A stretch of 64,000 nucleotides of DNA from positions 992,001 through 1,056,000 of the forward strand of contig AP026127.1 of assembly GCA_030295235.1 (NCBI GenBank). Direction: 5' to 3'. The notes below the pieces were generated by a model. The model was given only the letters and a program-made list of their open reading frames with translations. It ran no database searches and had not been told where the DNA came from. Below, piece by piece: positions 46,888 to 60,345 of the stretch. Numbering within the stretch: the first letter of the stretch is position 1; every line of letters starts with the position of its first letter. The translations under genes and the position numbers were made by a program. This stretch comes from Fistulifera solaris. Lineage: Eukaryota.

Positions 46888-47598
46888 ATGAAATCGCGAA
46901 GCGATATGAACAACCGAGGAATCGTGTTGTTACAAAGCAATTGCATTGTCGGCGCCTGTCAAGCTTTCGAGGAAGCGGCTAGGAAAACGACAGACGTTCC
47001 TCGCTCTCGAAGGACAACAACCGAGGCATTACCACACCGTTCTGTGAATTCTTCGTCTCATGTTATAGATTTCGATACCTTGGAAAATTGTGCCGACGCG
47101 AAAGCTTTGTTACTGCTGATGCACCAGGCTTCGATTGTTTTAATTCGATTGCCTCGCGAATGTCCGTTTACGGCTGCTGTCGTTCCGTATAACGCAGCCA
47201 TGTCACAATTATCTTTGGCTGCAACTTGTGTTTTGAATACGATCAAGGCGGAAGAATGCCGGGAAGAAGCGAAACGATGGCTTGATCAGTCGCAACAAAA
47301 ACTACAAAAGTGGTGTACTATATTGGCCCGTAAATGCTCCATTCCGCAATCTACTCGTGAGAAGAATATGGAATTATCTGCATTGCTGCGCACAGCCGTT
47401 CTCTTGCAATTGTGGGTTACTGTCACACTCTGTCGTCTGTGCCCGAGTAAGGAGCGACACGAAGAAATTCAACAAATACAACTATTTTTACTGAATCATG
47501 ATCAGAGGCAGCGACTTCAACAAGGCGTGCGGATAGAAGCTTCTCCCATTTCGCCTTCGTCTACAAAGGCGCAAGCGCCCAGCAAAACTACGGCGTGA
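46888..47598 (+). CDS. TPR-like hypothetical protein, paralog 2
   Basis: SDMNNRGIVLLQSNC...IRLPRECPFTAAVVPYNAAM. Confidence 0.7.
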   Translation: MKSRSDMNNRGIVLLQSNCIVGACQAFEEAARKTTDVPRSRRTTTEALPHRSVNSSSHVIDFDTLENCADAKALLLLMHQASIVLIRLPRECPFTAAVVPYNAAMSQLSLAATCVLNTIKAEECREEAKRWLDQSQQKLQKWCTILARKCSIPQSTREKNMELSALLRTAVLLQLWVTVTLCRLCPSKERHEEIQQIQLFLLNHDQRQRLQQGVRIEASPISPSSTKAQAPSKTTA

Positions 47599-47737
47599 CA
47601 CAAGTAACACGGCTACAAGAACTTAGATAATGTAATATTAGTTGTTTCAAAAGTCAGTTACACTACTCTCAGAGAGTCATTGCATCGTTTGCAAACCGCT
47701 AAATCAACCAGACTATGTTTACTCCATAATGGACGAC

Positions 47738-49641
47738 TCATGCCGACGGCGTCAAAGAAGACGTACTCGTCGCATTTTGATTCTCTACAGATGTCTTTAC
47801 GTAGATTTGCTCAAATAGCTTCTCATCTTCTGCATCATTGAATACAACCGAAGGTTGCGCCTCTTCTATTTGTTCATTCAACAGGGCTTGATTTCGATCC
47901 AATTGCTCCAAGACACTGTCGACCGTTTCTACTTTGATCTCTGTTGGGGTTTGCGTTTCGTGGAACGAGCCTTGCTTGGCGGTTTCGGGGATCTCGCCCA
48001 AAACACGCTTGCCAAGCAGTTTCGCCACACGGCCTACCGTATTTTTCAAGGCAAAAGTCACCACACGATCTACACCCAATACAAGCTTACGTCGCAAACT
48101 CTTTTTCTTCTTCTCTTCTTTGGCTTGCGAATGCTTGACGCGTTTCAGTTCTTCACGTCGAACCATGCCCTTGGTGACCGCTCCCACAACGTTGAGTGTC
48201 GGACAGGGGCTAGTGACTGCCTTCAACTCGGGCCATTCCGCACCAGTGATTTTAGTCGCATAGTGAAAAAGTAAGGTGGCTCGATCTACGTCCAAAACTT
48301 TAGCACTTTGATCGTTTTCAAAAATGGAGTCCCAACCGCCACCGGCGCCTCCTCCACCGCTAATTTGCCCATTTTGCTCGAGCGCCCGCTTTCCACGACC
48401 TTCACGGGGACCACCATTCCAGCCCCAGTAAACACCTGATTTCGCGCAGCGCGGATCATGCGCTGTTTGAAACAGTCGTTGACCGGCTTCGTGTTCTCCC
48501 ACGAATCCGCCTACAAAAGTGAGAGAAATCAAAGCGTGAGCGCTGCATGCACGTTGAGCAAAAATGAAGAACGATTCACACGTACCAGTGATAAATTTCA
48601 TAAAGACCGGAAAGTATTGTCGAAACCAAGCTCGTTTTTCGCGAAACAAGGGCGATTCGGCAATGCATCCCGGATACATGCTACTGAACGAAATACCCGT
48701 TAGTTTGTGATACTTGGTGTGCAAGTAGTTGGCCATCATCATCAAGCACAATTTCGAGTCTTTGTACGCCTTGGCTCCGATAAAATCGTACCCATCAATC
48801 ATGCTAATTGGATTGGTGAAACCTTGGGCAAATCCTTCCAATTCGTGCAGATCCGCAATGGGATACACGCCACCACCGCCAACGGTATTGTCATTTCCGG
48901 TGACACTCCCCACCATGATGACTCTGGCATTGGGTGCATCCCGCAAAGCAGGCAACAGTCGGGAAATCATAAGAAAGTGACTCAAAAGTTGATTTGCATG
49001 GTCTGTTCGTGATTGTCGACCGACCACTTGGGGTAAGGAAGACTCGGTTGGTAGACACCGGCGTTGCACAAGAGTCGATCAATGGGCTTTCCTAAACGAA
49101 ATTCATCCAGTTGATCACAAAACTTGCGAACACTGTCAAACGAGTTCATTTCGCAGTACATGGGAGTAAAGTTGTCGGTGTCAAAACCATCAACTTCCAT
49201 GACGGCTTCCATCTTGTCCATGCTATGAGTGTATTAAGAATGACAGAGTGAGTACAAAGTAGTTTCACCGGGATCGCAGGCGCAAGAACGATGCACAGGT
49301 AGACATATCCTCACTAACTTACTCTCGCACGGCTCCGACGACGTGATATTCTCCCGATAGCAACAAGGCTTGTGCTGCTTTGCGACCCAAACCCGACGAG
49401 GCACCGGTCAAGACGACCAATTCTGATGCGATTCAAAAGAGCAAGAGATAAGAGAGTGTGCACAAGCGTATTCAAAAAGGTTTGCACTATTCGTGTAAAA
49501 CTTACTCTTATCACCGAACCGCTCTTCGGCGGCTTTTGCGTTCGGATCGTACGTTGGCAACTTCCAACCTTGCATGAACTGAAAGGCGTTCGTTGTGCCG
49601 AGGATAGTGATCCATAACGACAGACCGGAAAGAGCACGCAT
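47738..49641 (-). CDS. POR: Light-dependent protochlorophyllide oxidoreductase; introns 49423-49505, 49223-49322, 48511-48585; one frameshift ~48985
   Basis: LVVLTGASSGLG, RLLCNAGVYQP, GAKAYKDSKLC, MYPGCIAESPLFREK, SGVYW.WN; TNA-F presequence; all introns GT-AG and frame-restoring. Confidence 0.93.
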
Positions 49642-50162
49642 CGTTCACTACTTATATTACAAGATATAGACGTCAATAGGTGAAAGATCGTGAAAAGATA
49701 TCGTGTTGTTCTCTTTCGATGATGCTGTCCTGTTTGTGATGGCCGCTTGGAAACGTACGTTTTCCATTTGCCCCTTTTTGAATGGTTGAAGTTTTTCACG
49801 AAGATACCAAAACGAACCCGGTTATAGTACAGACTAGATGATAGTCGAGCTTGTGTGTCTGTTCTACGCACATTCGACGGAATGCTTCTGTCACACCGAA
49901 TCCAAGATACTTAGGGGTGTTTCTGAGAAATCGAAAGTAAAGAACGGAAAAACCGGCTGGTTGGATGGACGGTCGAAGAAAAGATCGCGCGCGAAAGAGG
50001 ATGCTATGATGGACTGGTTGAAGAAGGCAGACAACGGCGCCATCTACATCCATCCTTTTACCTTTCGTGGTCAGTTACTTGGTGTTTACTCCATCTCTTG
50101 TCCAGATTCGTCTAAAGAAGCCGCTCGCACGTCGAAATCCGCCTTCACTATTCATCAGCAAA

Positions 50163-50890
50163 ATGCGTTCGCTTTCGGCATCTGAAATGCTGTGGCTTTT
50201 CTGCGTCCTCCATCCAGTCTCAAGTTTCGCTTCGCACCAATTATCCGTACCCTTCACTTCGTCGTCGACGACTCGTCTCTTGCTACCAAAGAAGCTCGAC
50301 CGGGCTATCAGCCGAAATGGAAGAAGAAGGCGACACTCGCCGAACAAATGGGCGGCACGCCCTCGGATCTCTCACAAATTGGACTCAAAGGGGACATTCC
50401 GGTCGTCTTTCAACAAGGCAACGTCACGAAAACAACCGTTGCATTTGCCGGACAGCCCCTACGGGATGTTGCTACACAAGCGGGTCAATTCATTCGGTAC
50501 GGATGTGGAAAGGGTGAATGCGGTACGTGTGAGTGCATGGTCGATGGGCAGTGGATTCGTCCGTGTGTCGTCACCGTCCCTCCACGGGCCAGCCAAGATG
50601 CTCCACCCTACACGGTGCGTCTCAAGGAACAAACCACAAAAACCGTCAGTTCCGGAAAGTTCTATACCGCCCGCAGCTTCGTATTGGGATTTTGGAACAA
50701 TCTCTTGGGCATGGTGGGTTTCGTCAAGGCGCGTCGAGACGCAAAACGGAGCTGGGAGGAACGATTGGAATATGAAGAGCTGATTCGTGTGAAAACATTG
50801 GAAAAACGACAGGCTCGGTTGGAGCGAGAACTTGCGGCCAAGTTGAAGGAAGAACAGGCGAGTGGAAGCTCTTCGAATTTGTTGCCCTAA
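50163..50890 (+). CDS. 2Fe-2S ferredoxin-domain protein, probably plastid-targeted; frameshift near the 5' end
   Basis: YGCGKGECGTC...RPCV cluster motif; signal-like N-terminus in a different frame. Confidence 0.8.
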
Positions 50891-50951
50891 AAGCAAGTGT
50901 CAGCAAATCCAACTCAAATGTAATTCACTAAAAACGATTTCAAATCTATTT

Positions 50952-52480
50952 TTACACATTATGGTGATAAATCATGTTTTCCGTGCTGAATGGAGGCACA
51001 ACCTTGGTCACATGCGCTCCTTCACTAGCCGCCTTCGTTACCAATATCGTGCCTTTGATACCGAACTCTTCGGCCGTTTTCATCATGGCACGAGCGACAG
51101 ACGAATCACTGCGCTCTTTTTCTCGCTGTGCAAAAATATCTCCCGAAGCACCCGACGTAATGGCCATCACGGTAGGACCAGCGCCGCTCAAATAGGCACA
51201 ATGAGCTCCAGCGGCTTCGGCGGCTTCAATCATGGGATATAAGTATTTGTATAGCTTGCCACCTCGTTGCGGCTGATGCAATTTGTCCTGAACGCCCCAT
51301 TTCAGGTTATCCAAGTTGTTGGTACTCAACGCCAAGACCAAAAATGCCGTGCGACTAATGTTGAAGGCCGCATCGCTACGAGTAATGCCGCCCTGCAAGA
51401 CCGCACGCGCGTCACTCGTTTTGCCAATAAAGTCGGGGATGAACATGACCAACTGCAAACCGGGAGGTGCCGGAACGCGTTCTGTGGCCCATCGCGTGCC
51501 GTTATGAATGCCTACCTGGATTCCACCGTAAATCGCAGGTGCGACATTGTCGGGATGGCCCTGTGCAAAAGACGAGAAAGTAGAAGTCGAACGTTTGTGA
51601 GTGCGGGTTGCCCCAAAGTGTCTATCTTCTCCGCAGCACTTCATATCTATACTTACTTCAATACCTGCAGCAATTTGCAACAACGCTTCGGATCCCCAGC
51701 AAGGCAGCCGGTGTCCCGCCAAAATCAATCCGGCAATAATTCCCGCCACAATAGCCGCACTACTCGAACCCAGTCCGCGTGCAAAGGGAATACGACTGAC
51801 AACATGGTAAGATAAGACGGGCATTGGTTTTCGGGCGGCTTCAAATGCTGCTTTGCAGCCCAAAACCAAGTAATTTGATTCGTCCTTGGGCATTTCATTC
51901 GCTCCATCACCCTCTCCGGTAATCTGAAATTTGTCCGAACGACTCACGGTAACCTCCGACCACAAATCTACCGCCATGCCGATAGTATCGTCTGTAAAAA
52001 TAGAATAAGAAAATGAGAAGGAGGCGAAAGCAACGAGCGAAGGGTCATCCCAGCAGAACAAGGATTTGCGAATCTCGATGCGAACCAGTCAACAACCCAG
52101 CGCACACATCAATGAAGCAACTTACATCCCGGTCCCATGTTAGCAGAAGTCGCGGGAACTCGTACTGTAACGCTATCACGGGCCATGGCGTTTTCTTCTT
52201 CGACAACTTGTCGTGCGGCAATTTGACGTCGCATCCGTTCTTCGTGATTGTGCGGGAAAATGAAGGAATTTCGCGATGCGACGGGAGCCTCCTCGTTGTA
52301 AATCACCGTCGGGTGTTCCGTCCGATCCATGGAGACTCGTGGCTGGTATTCTGGCTGAGAGGCCTTCGATCGGGCAGCGTACAGCTGCGATGCGACGACA
52401 CCGGCAACGGCACCCGCGACGGCAGCACTTGCCGCAATGAGAGCGGATTGATTACTACTGTTACTGTTCGGAGGCGACAT
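50952..52480 (-). CDS. thrB: Homoserine kinase (GHMP family); introns 51992-52125 and 51561-51656
   Basis: VRVPATSANMGPG|YD, IPFARGLGSSSAA, E|GHPDNVAPA, DKLHQPQR, LSGAGPT. Confidence 0.95.
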
Positions 52481-54573
52481 TGTGGAGTTTACAGGTTGCG
52501 GTGAACGTTCAGAGTTGTTGTATATCTCACTTTCAAGATGAAGCTTCGAGAAAGAATGCTCGTTAACAGTTTTAATAATGATGTTTGAAGAGAGATCGGT
52601 CACACTCGTCTTTATTCTCACTTTTCATTGCATGTCATTTTGGTGGATGCACTACTAGGTAGAGGACAGGAGAGGTGAAGGACAGACACTGACGCACATC
52701 ACAACAAACTTTTAATGTAGGTTCAATGTGTAGGCGACATTCGTCACGACTGCATTTCAGTCATGAATCAAAATTTGTCCGAGCCCGAACTGCTATTCTA
52801 TACCATCGATCTGTAAACCTGGTAGACTGCATTTAAATTGATCATGGTAAATGATCCTTCGGCATACACTCTGTCGAGAAATCACAGTCGCACAGCTATA
52901 ACTTGTAGGGGAACCCAAAGATTGTTCTGAAATAAAGCCAAACGAATCGTTTTCGTTGACATCCTTGTCCTCCTTCTTCTTCTGCTTTTCATTTTTAATT
53001 ATCGATTCAATGACCAATTCAGCGTAAAGTCCCGCAAAAGCTCAGGTCAGTGTCAACAAAAGTAGAACTCTATTATATATGAGTCCCGCTCCTGAAATTC
53101 ATCGTCTTTTAGTCACGAGTCTTTTAAGTGGGTCCAGTCTGTCAGTCGACCCTGAGCAAAAAAAAATCAAACACAGTGCGACGTCTGAAGACATTTGGGT
53201 ACCGCTCCAAAACAACCTCGACTATTCGATGATATACTGGAATGTTGCCTACTCTTTAGATCTACTGTAGACGGCCCTGAGTTTTTTGCTCCCAAAACGC
53301 AAGGGGATTGATCAGGATTTTTTCCATTATTTGCAGTTTCAAATGCAAATGAACGACCTTTTCAAGGCTTTCTTACCCGACCTTTGGACTTTTTGAACTA
53401 TCATCATTCACGGCATAAGAAATACTATGAAGACGGAAGATGACGTCGAGGTCGATCAATCTCCTTGTTTATACCACTATATTTGACGCTTTCTATCGAC
53501 AGTATTCGCTAATGATTCATGCCCATGACGCGCATTTCGGTCGTTACTAAGCTTTGTTGCTCCTCCCTAGCCACGTGAGGGCTACGATGCAACCGATTGC
53601 TTTCAGCAAGTATTTCTTCGAACAAAATAGCAAAGTCGCGTGTGTTCTGATGATCAACTCCATCTCCGAACAGGACAACTTTCTCCATCGGCAAGCGCTG
53701 ATTCCATGGGAGAAATAATGAGTCTCATATTAGATCGCATGTGGTCAAATACCGATGGTCTTTGGGGATTTCGCAGCCTTAAGAAAGAGGGAACAGTTAC
53801 ATGGCAGATCATGCTCGAGTCGATTTGTCAACCAAGCGCAAAGTTTTGCCAAGGCAAGATTCTTAATCAAAACGACAAAGGAAGCGCTTAGGCAACAGTT
53901 GGTGCCATGAAAACGAATAATCGGTTGCTCTCCGGTTATGTGAAAATCCCCCGCCTGGCCTCGAATGCCCTGTTGACAGTTCGCGATTTGATGGCGTTTA
54001 TGAGTTGCTACAAGAGAGTAGACGAGACCGTCACCTGAAGGATTTGTTTCGGGAGATTGCATTTCAAGCGACAAGCAGATCTGATCACTTTCAACTTTTT
54101 TCTTAAAACATCAAAGAAAGATAGACTTTATGTTTAAATCGCCAGTCTAATTAGTCGTTCTTCGTGCGGTATTCTGTGTACTCCAGTGGATGAAACATAG
54201 CAGATATAGTCATAGTCCGCGTACGATGCAATTGAATTTATCCACTTGATAATCCGAATCAATTCAAGCCTCGCTTCTCTCGTTCTTTTGAACTTTTAAA
54301 CGAAAACAGAGACGCTGAGCCGCGTCAATGAGAGGAAGGCTCTTGGATGCTTCAAGGGTATGGGCATGGTACACAGTGCTGCGCATGAGGCAACAGTCTT
54401 CATTATAGGTTGTTGCATCTCTGACTCGAAGCCGAATCATTCTCGGGCCCCTGACATTCGGCCGTGAACACTCTCTTCGGTGTATCGTGTCAGATGAACT
54501 CCTGCTCGCAAAATTTGCGTAGATGAGTCGCAAGAAAGTGCCCCGCTCATTTGCATCTGCATCCGTAGATTGT

Positions 54574-55245
54574 TCATATTTCCACTCGCTCCAACGCGTG
54601 AGTACCTGAGGACTCCAAGGATTGCAGACTATTGCTTAAGTCGTGATTCGCCAGGTAATGGTGAATGCCTAGTATTTCATTTTGAACCGGCGCGTCGAAA
54701 AACACCCGACGTTTCGAAAGAACGAGCAGTCGTAGCATTAAACAGGCTCGCAATATTTCCGGCTTCTCTTTCATTTTCGGAACCAGAGCGACGGTCCATT
54801 GCTTCAAAAGCAAATCAACTTCCTCCAGCGTCGATTTCGCGTGTTCGGCTTTGTCAACAATTATTTGTAAATTGCTGCCAGTTCTCGATTCGGCAAAATA
54901 CACCATCGCCAAATTATACAAGATGACCGCGGGCGTGAAGGGACATTTGGGCATCAACCGAATCACCACCAGCGTGCGAGGGAAGCTGAGAACACGAACG
55001 CGCTCCATAAATGTCCGCGAGCTGGTGGCCGTGGTTATTTCTGAAAACTCCATCACCGCCCACGAAAGTGCGGCTCCGTTCCGACGAGGTGGGGCTTCGG
55101 TCGAATATACTCGGCTTTTCGGCAGTTGTTTCGTTTTTACCATCGTTTCCGCGTCTTCGAGTGCTTTTCTCGCAGGGATCAGACAGTGACTCTCCAAAAG
55201 CATCAATCCGAGGTTATTAAAGTCACTGGCACGCTGCGGACCCAT
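54574..55245 (-). CDS. TPR-like hypothetical protein, paralog 3
   Basis: MGPQRASDFNNLGLMLLESHC...IRLMPKCPFTPAVILYNLAM. Confidence 0.7.
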   Translation of the reverse strand: MGPQRASDFNNLGLMLLESHCLIPARKALEDAETMVKTKQLPKSRVYSTEAPPRRNGAALSWAVMEFSEITTATSSRTFMERVRVLSFPRTLVVIRLMPKCPFTPAVILYNLAMVYFAESRTGSNLQIIVDKAEHAKSTLEEVDLLLKQWTVALVPKMKEKPEILRACLMLRLLVLSKRRVFFDAPVQNEILGIHHYLANHDLSNSLQSLESSGTHALERVEI

Positions 55246-56516
55246 GTTTCTGGTGAAGCCTTCTGCTGCGAACGACGGAAATAATTCGTCAGCACTGCCT
55301 CGACAGAAATGAATCAGCTTGTTGAATCGCACAAAGGCACTTGGGAGATGTAGCGTGCACCATTCAGTCATGTGGTTCAGAGAGATACAACGGCATGCTG
55401 TTGCGTTTCGCCTTTCAACACAAACAAGCAGATTGCCTTGACCACTTGTCACTTGTCACCCTCCGTTTTCGTTTTGCTCCTTGTTCGCGTTGCGCGTTTG
55501 ACGATTGAGGGGCGTAGATGTTGAGATCGAAACGGAGGGAAAGACGGGATTGTGGGATTGGATCAAATTGCAAGTGTGAGTACAGATATGCTTTACTGGA
55601 ATGTTCTTCGTGCCACAGCTTCTAATTGCAATGTTCAACCGGTTTTGACGTTGATTTACGCATAGGTAAGTTAGCAGATGACACGGGACACCGCGACACT
55701 ATGCGTTATAATGATGACTTTGAGGCATATCAAGATCCCCATAATAATTTTTCATTGGAGACATAAGCAAGAGCACAGGGCTAAAAGACCACATCCAATA
55801 TCTAAACACCTAAAAACACTAGAAAGTTCTTGCTATTAAAAACCGTTCCAAGTTCCAAGACATGAGTATTAAGCACTTCCGTTCTGGGCTTGAGGGCTTA
55901 ATAGTCTGACTATATCCCGTATTCCGTACAACGTGATTTGCAGAATGCCGCTTCCTACTTTCTGCCGTTCAGTGGTTTCAAGAGTGAACAAGATACATTT
56001 CACGACATTTCCAGTCTTGAGTCTTCATTATTTCCCGTTTGCCTAAAATGCCTCGTTATAATGAGCTAATGCGATTAATGATGGCTAAAGTGAAAGCTAC
56101 CTGGTACAGTAAAAGTGAACAAGTTACCAAGTTACAAGAAGTTGTTAGTTCGATAGTTCGATGGTTGCTGATTGCTGATGCTTCTTGAATGGCTAAAAAG
56201 TGGCCAATGGTAAAAGCAATCAATCATGGATTGGACTTTATTCCATTAACCATCACGGACTACGGAAAAATTGTTTGCATGTTCCTGCGAACTCTTGCAT
56301 GTTCACCTTTCGTTCCTAACATTCGGCAAATTCTGGAGAATTCGCTGCGTATCGATTGTGCACCGACCGTCACAACTTGCGACCGTCATGAAACAGGTAA
56401 CATACAATATTGTATCTGCAATGATTGGATGAAGCACTTTGATAATATGTATGAATAGTTTACAATTAGCTAATAAGTTTTCTATTGAAACAAACAAGGG
56501 AATCGCTGCATGTTCT

Positions 56517-57119
56517 TCATCCATTTACACGGTCTGCTTCCATCTTGTTTTCCGTCGCTTCGTCCACTTTTCCGCCATCGACATTGACCGAAGTACTTGT
56601 ATTGTCATTTTGCATGTATGTAACGGGAATCTTGCGAACACTGGCTTCCAGCTTCTTCACGTCTTTCGGCGCCATAACAATCAATACCCCGTCCTTCAAA
56701 TTCGCAGTCAAAGCATCTACGTCGACGCTGGGGTCAAGCAAGAAACGTTGTGTAAACTTCGATGACATACTGTGTCCATCTTCTTTCTCTTCGTGACTAC
56801 CTTTGATCGACAAGACTTTTCCATCATCTTCCAAGCTGACTTGAACGTCGTCTTGAGTCATGCCTGGCACTTCGACCGTAATCTTGAAGGTGTCCGTCTC
56901 ATCGGTGATCTCATATCGAGGATATGCCTGGCTGAAAAATTCACGATTCATTAGATTTTGGAGCTGCTGGTGTCGCTGATGGATCAGCGCACGAGTCGAG
57001 GTCGGGTAAAAGAAAGCACTGGTAGTCGGATCGCGCAGAACCAAATCGGATCCGAACAACCACGCACTCGTCATGATGGGCGATAGAGTGAGGAGTCCAA
57101 AGGCTGAGTTGAGCTTCAT
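56517..57119 (-). CDS. Small heat-shock protein (HSP20/alpha-crystallin) with signal peptide
   Basis: YEITDE..F.ITVEVPG...DVQV..E..VLSIKG...FTQRF.L...VD....ANLKDGVLIV.APK. Confidence 0.92.
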   Translation of the reverse strand: MKLNSAFGLLTLSPIMTSAWLFGSDLVLRDPTTSAFFYPTSTRALIHQRHQQLQNLMNREFFSQAYPRYEITDETDTFKITVEVPGMTQDDVQVSLEDDGKVLSIKGSHEEKEDGHSMSSKFTQRFLLDPSVDVDALTANLKDGVLIVMAPKDVKKLEASVRKIPVTYMQNDNTSTSVNVDGGKVDEATENKMEADRVNG

Positions 57120-58563
57120 TTGTCAGATCTCGTGGAGAGAACAATGTATTATCGTCGTTCAATGGTGAAATGAATTTTATGAGGACAGTGGGAAAGTTCG
57201 GTTTTGATTGCCATAGACCAAAAGTCGAAAGAAACTCAAGTATAGAATTCGAAAGAACAATTCAATCGTACTGGGACTCCAATGCCACCCGTCAAAATTT
57301 GATTGGCTCGCAGTGGGATTAAAATACAAAGCACCCTAGTTTGGCAATCATTGCTAGCCTGTTGATAGCCCCCCTAGTTCATTTTAACCAAACAACGTCG
57401 AGACGTGGAAGAAAGTCGATTGTAAGTAGCTCTGGATCATAGAGAAAGCAGCTGGAAATCACGCTCGTCATGAGCACTCCCTTTGCAAAGTTTCTCGCTG
57501 AGTTTGCCGGTTCAGTTGGCAGTCTGTCCCAAGCTCATGTTTCTTCAAATTCAAACTGTTGTACATAAGCATCGATCCCGCCTGTATTGAACGCGGTTTG
57601 ACCTTTCTTCGTAAAAAATCATAAGGACAGTTAAAAGGAAAGAGCGTCCGCCGAATGGGGAGGATAACCTTCAAAGCGACTTTCCCGGCAAACCTGACAG
57701 AAATATAGATGGTAAGGTTTCCTCGACGCAAAAACAAAGCTTTGAAGGATTGTTGAATCGTAGCATGCATTTGAAAAGATATAGAGAGATGACATCAGCT
57801 ACTAGAACAGCTGTCGCATTTCCAGAGAGGTACAAGGAGCACGGAGAGCTCCTGAAAATCAACGGAAGCCGCCTTACTTGGGTGATCAGGCTTTGAAACA
57901 TATAGCGAGGGACATCACTCGGGGTTTTGAAAACGCGTCACTTGGTGCATCCAATGAAGAAAAGATTGACAGGTCAAGTGGCCTCGCCGGTTTTGTGCTT
58001 TCGCCGAAAGATGGCAGTGGAGGGTAATGCCGTTGTTTTGCTTACAAAGGGTACTTCCATCTGCGGTTGACTAAGGTTTGCGATTCTACATCCGTCGAGA
58101 ACATACTTTGGCTTTTTGTTGAGTCAGGACGGGCTGTTTCATTCGAGAGCAGTGTCTCAGCCGACGATGTGCTCGGTGAAGCGGAAGGTTTCCTTTTACC
58201 TCTTCGTATACTACATTGACCCATGTTACTAGTGAGGGGTATGATTGGTTTTGAGGAAAGTTCCCCAACAGCATGGTTCGATGTTGGGTTATGTGTCGGA
58301 ACGTCCGCTGATACCGTAAAATCTTCCCCGAAGAGGTGATGTCGTTTCTGATTCTTGAACTATTATCTTCAGCTGCTTCCTTTGATCCTATATTGTAAGT
58401 TCATCAGACATCAGGGGTCGTTGAGTCGGTCAATCGCTTCTAAGGCTGGTTGGATTGGCTGTTTTTGTCGACTTTTTGTATGTTTTTGAAGTTCAACGGT
58501 CTATTTTATTTGGCTACACGGTGGAAGACGAAAAGAGAGTAAGTAAATGTATATTAGAATGCT

Positions 58564-59097
58564 TCAGCACTGCATAATCTGTTGATCTACGAACCTGTCT
58601 TCCGATGAAATCTGTATCGGCTTGTCGATTTGTTCGGTATCTTTCTGGACTACTTGCGATGAAGAGCATTCAACGACTGCAAAATCAGTGATGACATAGT
58701 TCCGAGCGCCGTCGGGGGTAAATTTACTCATATCAATTTCAATCCGGGTCGGAAATCCTTGATCGGAATATGTGTTGAAACATCGAGCGGCTCCGGATGA
58801 GGGACAGTTTCGGACGCATAATGAGTCGATCATATCCAAGAAATCATCAATGGTTTTGTCACCTTCTCCGCTCAAAACGCCATTACGAACTTGTACACGT
58901 TTTGACAAAGACGTTCCTTTCTGGAAGCCAGTGAAAGTGTACGAAAAGTCGTAACATGGCGGAGCTGCCCAAATAGCCTTCGCAGCCGACAAGGCTTCTG
59001 CTGATTGCTCGTAATTTTGGCACGGTTTGTCTTCCAGTTTCATGACTTGTCCTTCAGCGGCGATCGGGAGAAGCATGATCCAAGCGACCGACTTCAT
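58564..59097 (-). CDS. Secreted protein resembling DUF6174
   Basis: Signal peptide; A...W....YDFSY, VQVRNG, TIDDFL..I, Y...GFPT.I.ID....D...Y.ITDF. Confidence 0.6.
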   Translation of the reverse strand: MKSVAWIMLLPIAAEGQVMKLEDKPCQNYEQSAEALSAAKAIWAAPPCYDFSYTFTGFQKGTSLSKRVQVRNGVLSGEGDKTIDDFLDMIDSLCVRNCPSSGAARCFNTYSDQGFPTRIEIDMSKFTPDGARNYVITDFAVVECSSSQVVQKDTEQIDKPIQISSEDRFVDQQIMQC

Positions 59098-60345
59098 CGT
59101 TCTCGAACACAATGAATAGGGACATCCATTGTTTGCATAATGTATACGGAGTATTGTGGTCGTTCTCTTGCGTTGCGATGAACGCACACATTTTCCGCGA
59201 CGACTTATTGTCATTCTTCATTTTTTGCGCGCCGACGACAAAAAATAGAGACGCACGGAAACTGTTCACCCAATTGGCGCAGCCCGGCTAACAGAATTTG
59301 GATTTTGCGGACGACAAATTCGCTCCGGGTGCCGCGCGCTTGTTTCTATGATCTATTGAGTAGGCGTGTTGGCTGTGGATGAGGTGAGCGGTGCACTTGC
59401 AACTTGAAATCGAAAAGAACCGCCAAGGCGGACGGTGGAACAAACGACGGGCCAATGACGTACAATGGGGAGTGTAGAATAAAATAGTACGAGATTTCCG
59501 TTGACAGCCAAGTCCTTCTGCCGCCAAAGTGCCCGCAACAATGAGAAAGTTACGGCCTACGTAAGAACTACGTACAAAATGTACTACAAAACCAGTGGGA
59601 ATCCATGATGTTGCTCGGATTTCATCACCTCGACGACTTTTCTTCATAAAAATTTCTCGAGGTGAGTGAGCTCCAATTCCATCGTCTTATGTCGGCTCAG
59701 AGGAGTCCGACGACCCTTCATATCTTCGTTGTTGGTGATAATGCCATGTGGCTTGTATCCGAAGAGTAACTGAAGCTGAAAAGTCGGTGGGGTGGAGGAT
59801 TACAAATCGAGAATCGTCGCCTTATGAAGTGTTGCGGGTTTTGCGAGATCTGTGGCCTCGTTTTCTGCACCCCAAGTCATCCGAGACTGTAGAGTGATGC
59901 CAATGAGCAAAGACTCTAAGGCAATGACAGCCAGCCGCTTATTAATCTGCATCAAAAGTCGATGATATGGTCAGGGTACCGGTAGTCGTCGATCCTAAAA
60001 AGTTCTTCCCGGCTTTTTTCACTTGGGCGAGCGTGCTGCCGATGTTGCCTATTGCCCCTCAATACTCCAGCGTGCCGGCTGTCGTGCGACTCTCTCGTTA
60101 CGTTTGTGATCGTATCAGTGCAGGTGTGGCAAACAGATAGTTTCCCAACGTTTGTACAAAGCGCGCCCCATGGCCCGTGGTCATCGGAAGTTTCTTTTCC
60201 TCTCTTTGGCTACCAGAGTCACTCGTTTTGTGTACTCGTACTTCATATCTGATACTATGACGTCACATTACACCTATCTCAATCTCGCGTCTCCTCATTT
60301 TTTCCTCAGAACGAAAGCCAAACAGGTTCGTCAGAGTCATACAGC

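Noticed and set aside
52790..54540. Short ORFs between homoserine kinase and TPR-like paralog 3
   Set aside because: No recognisable motifs or consistent frame; cannot support a gene call.
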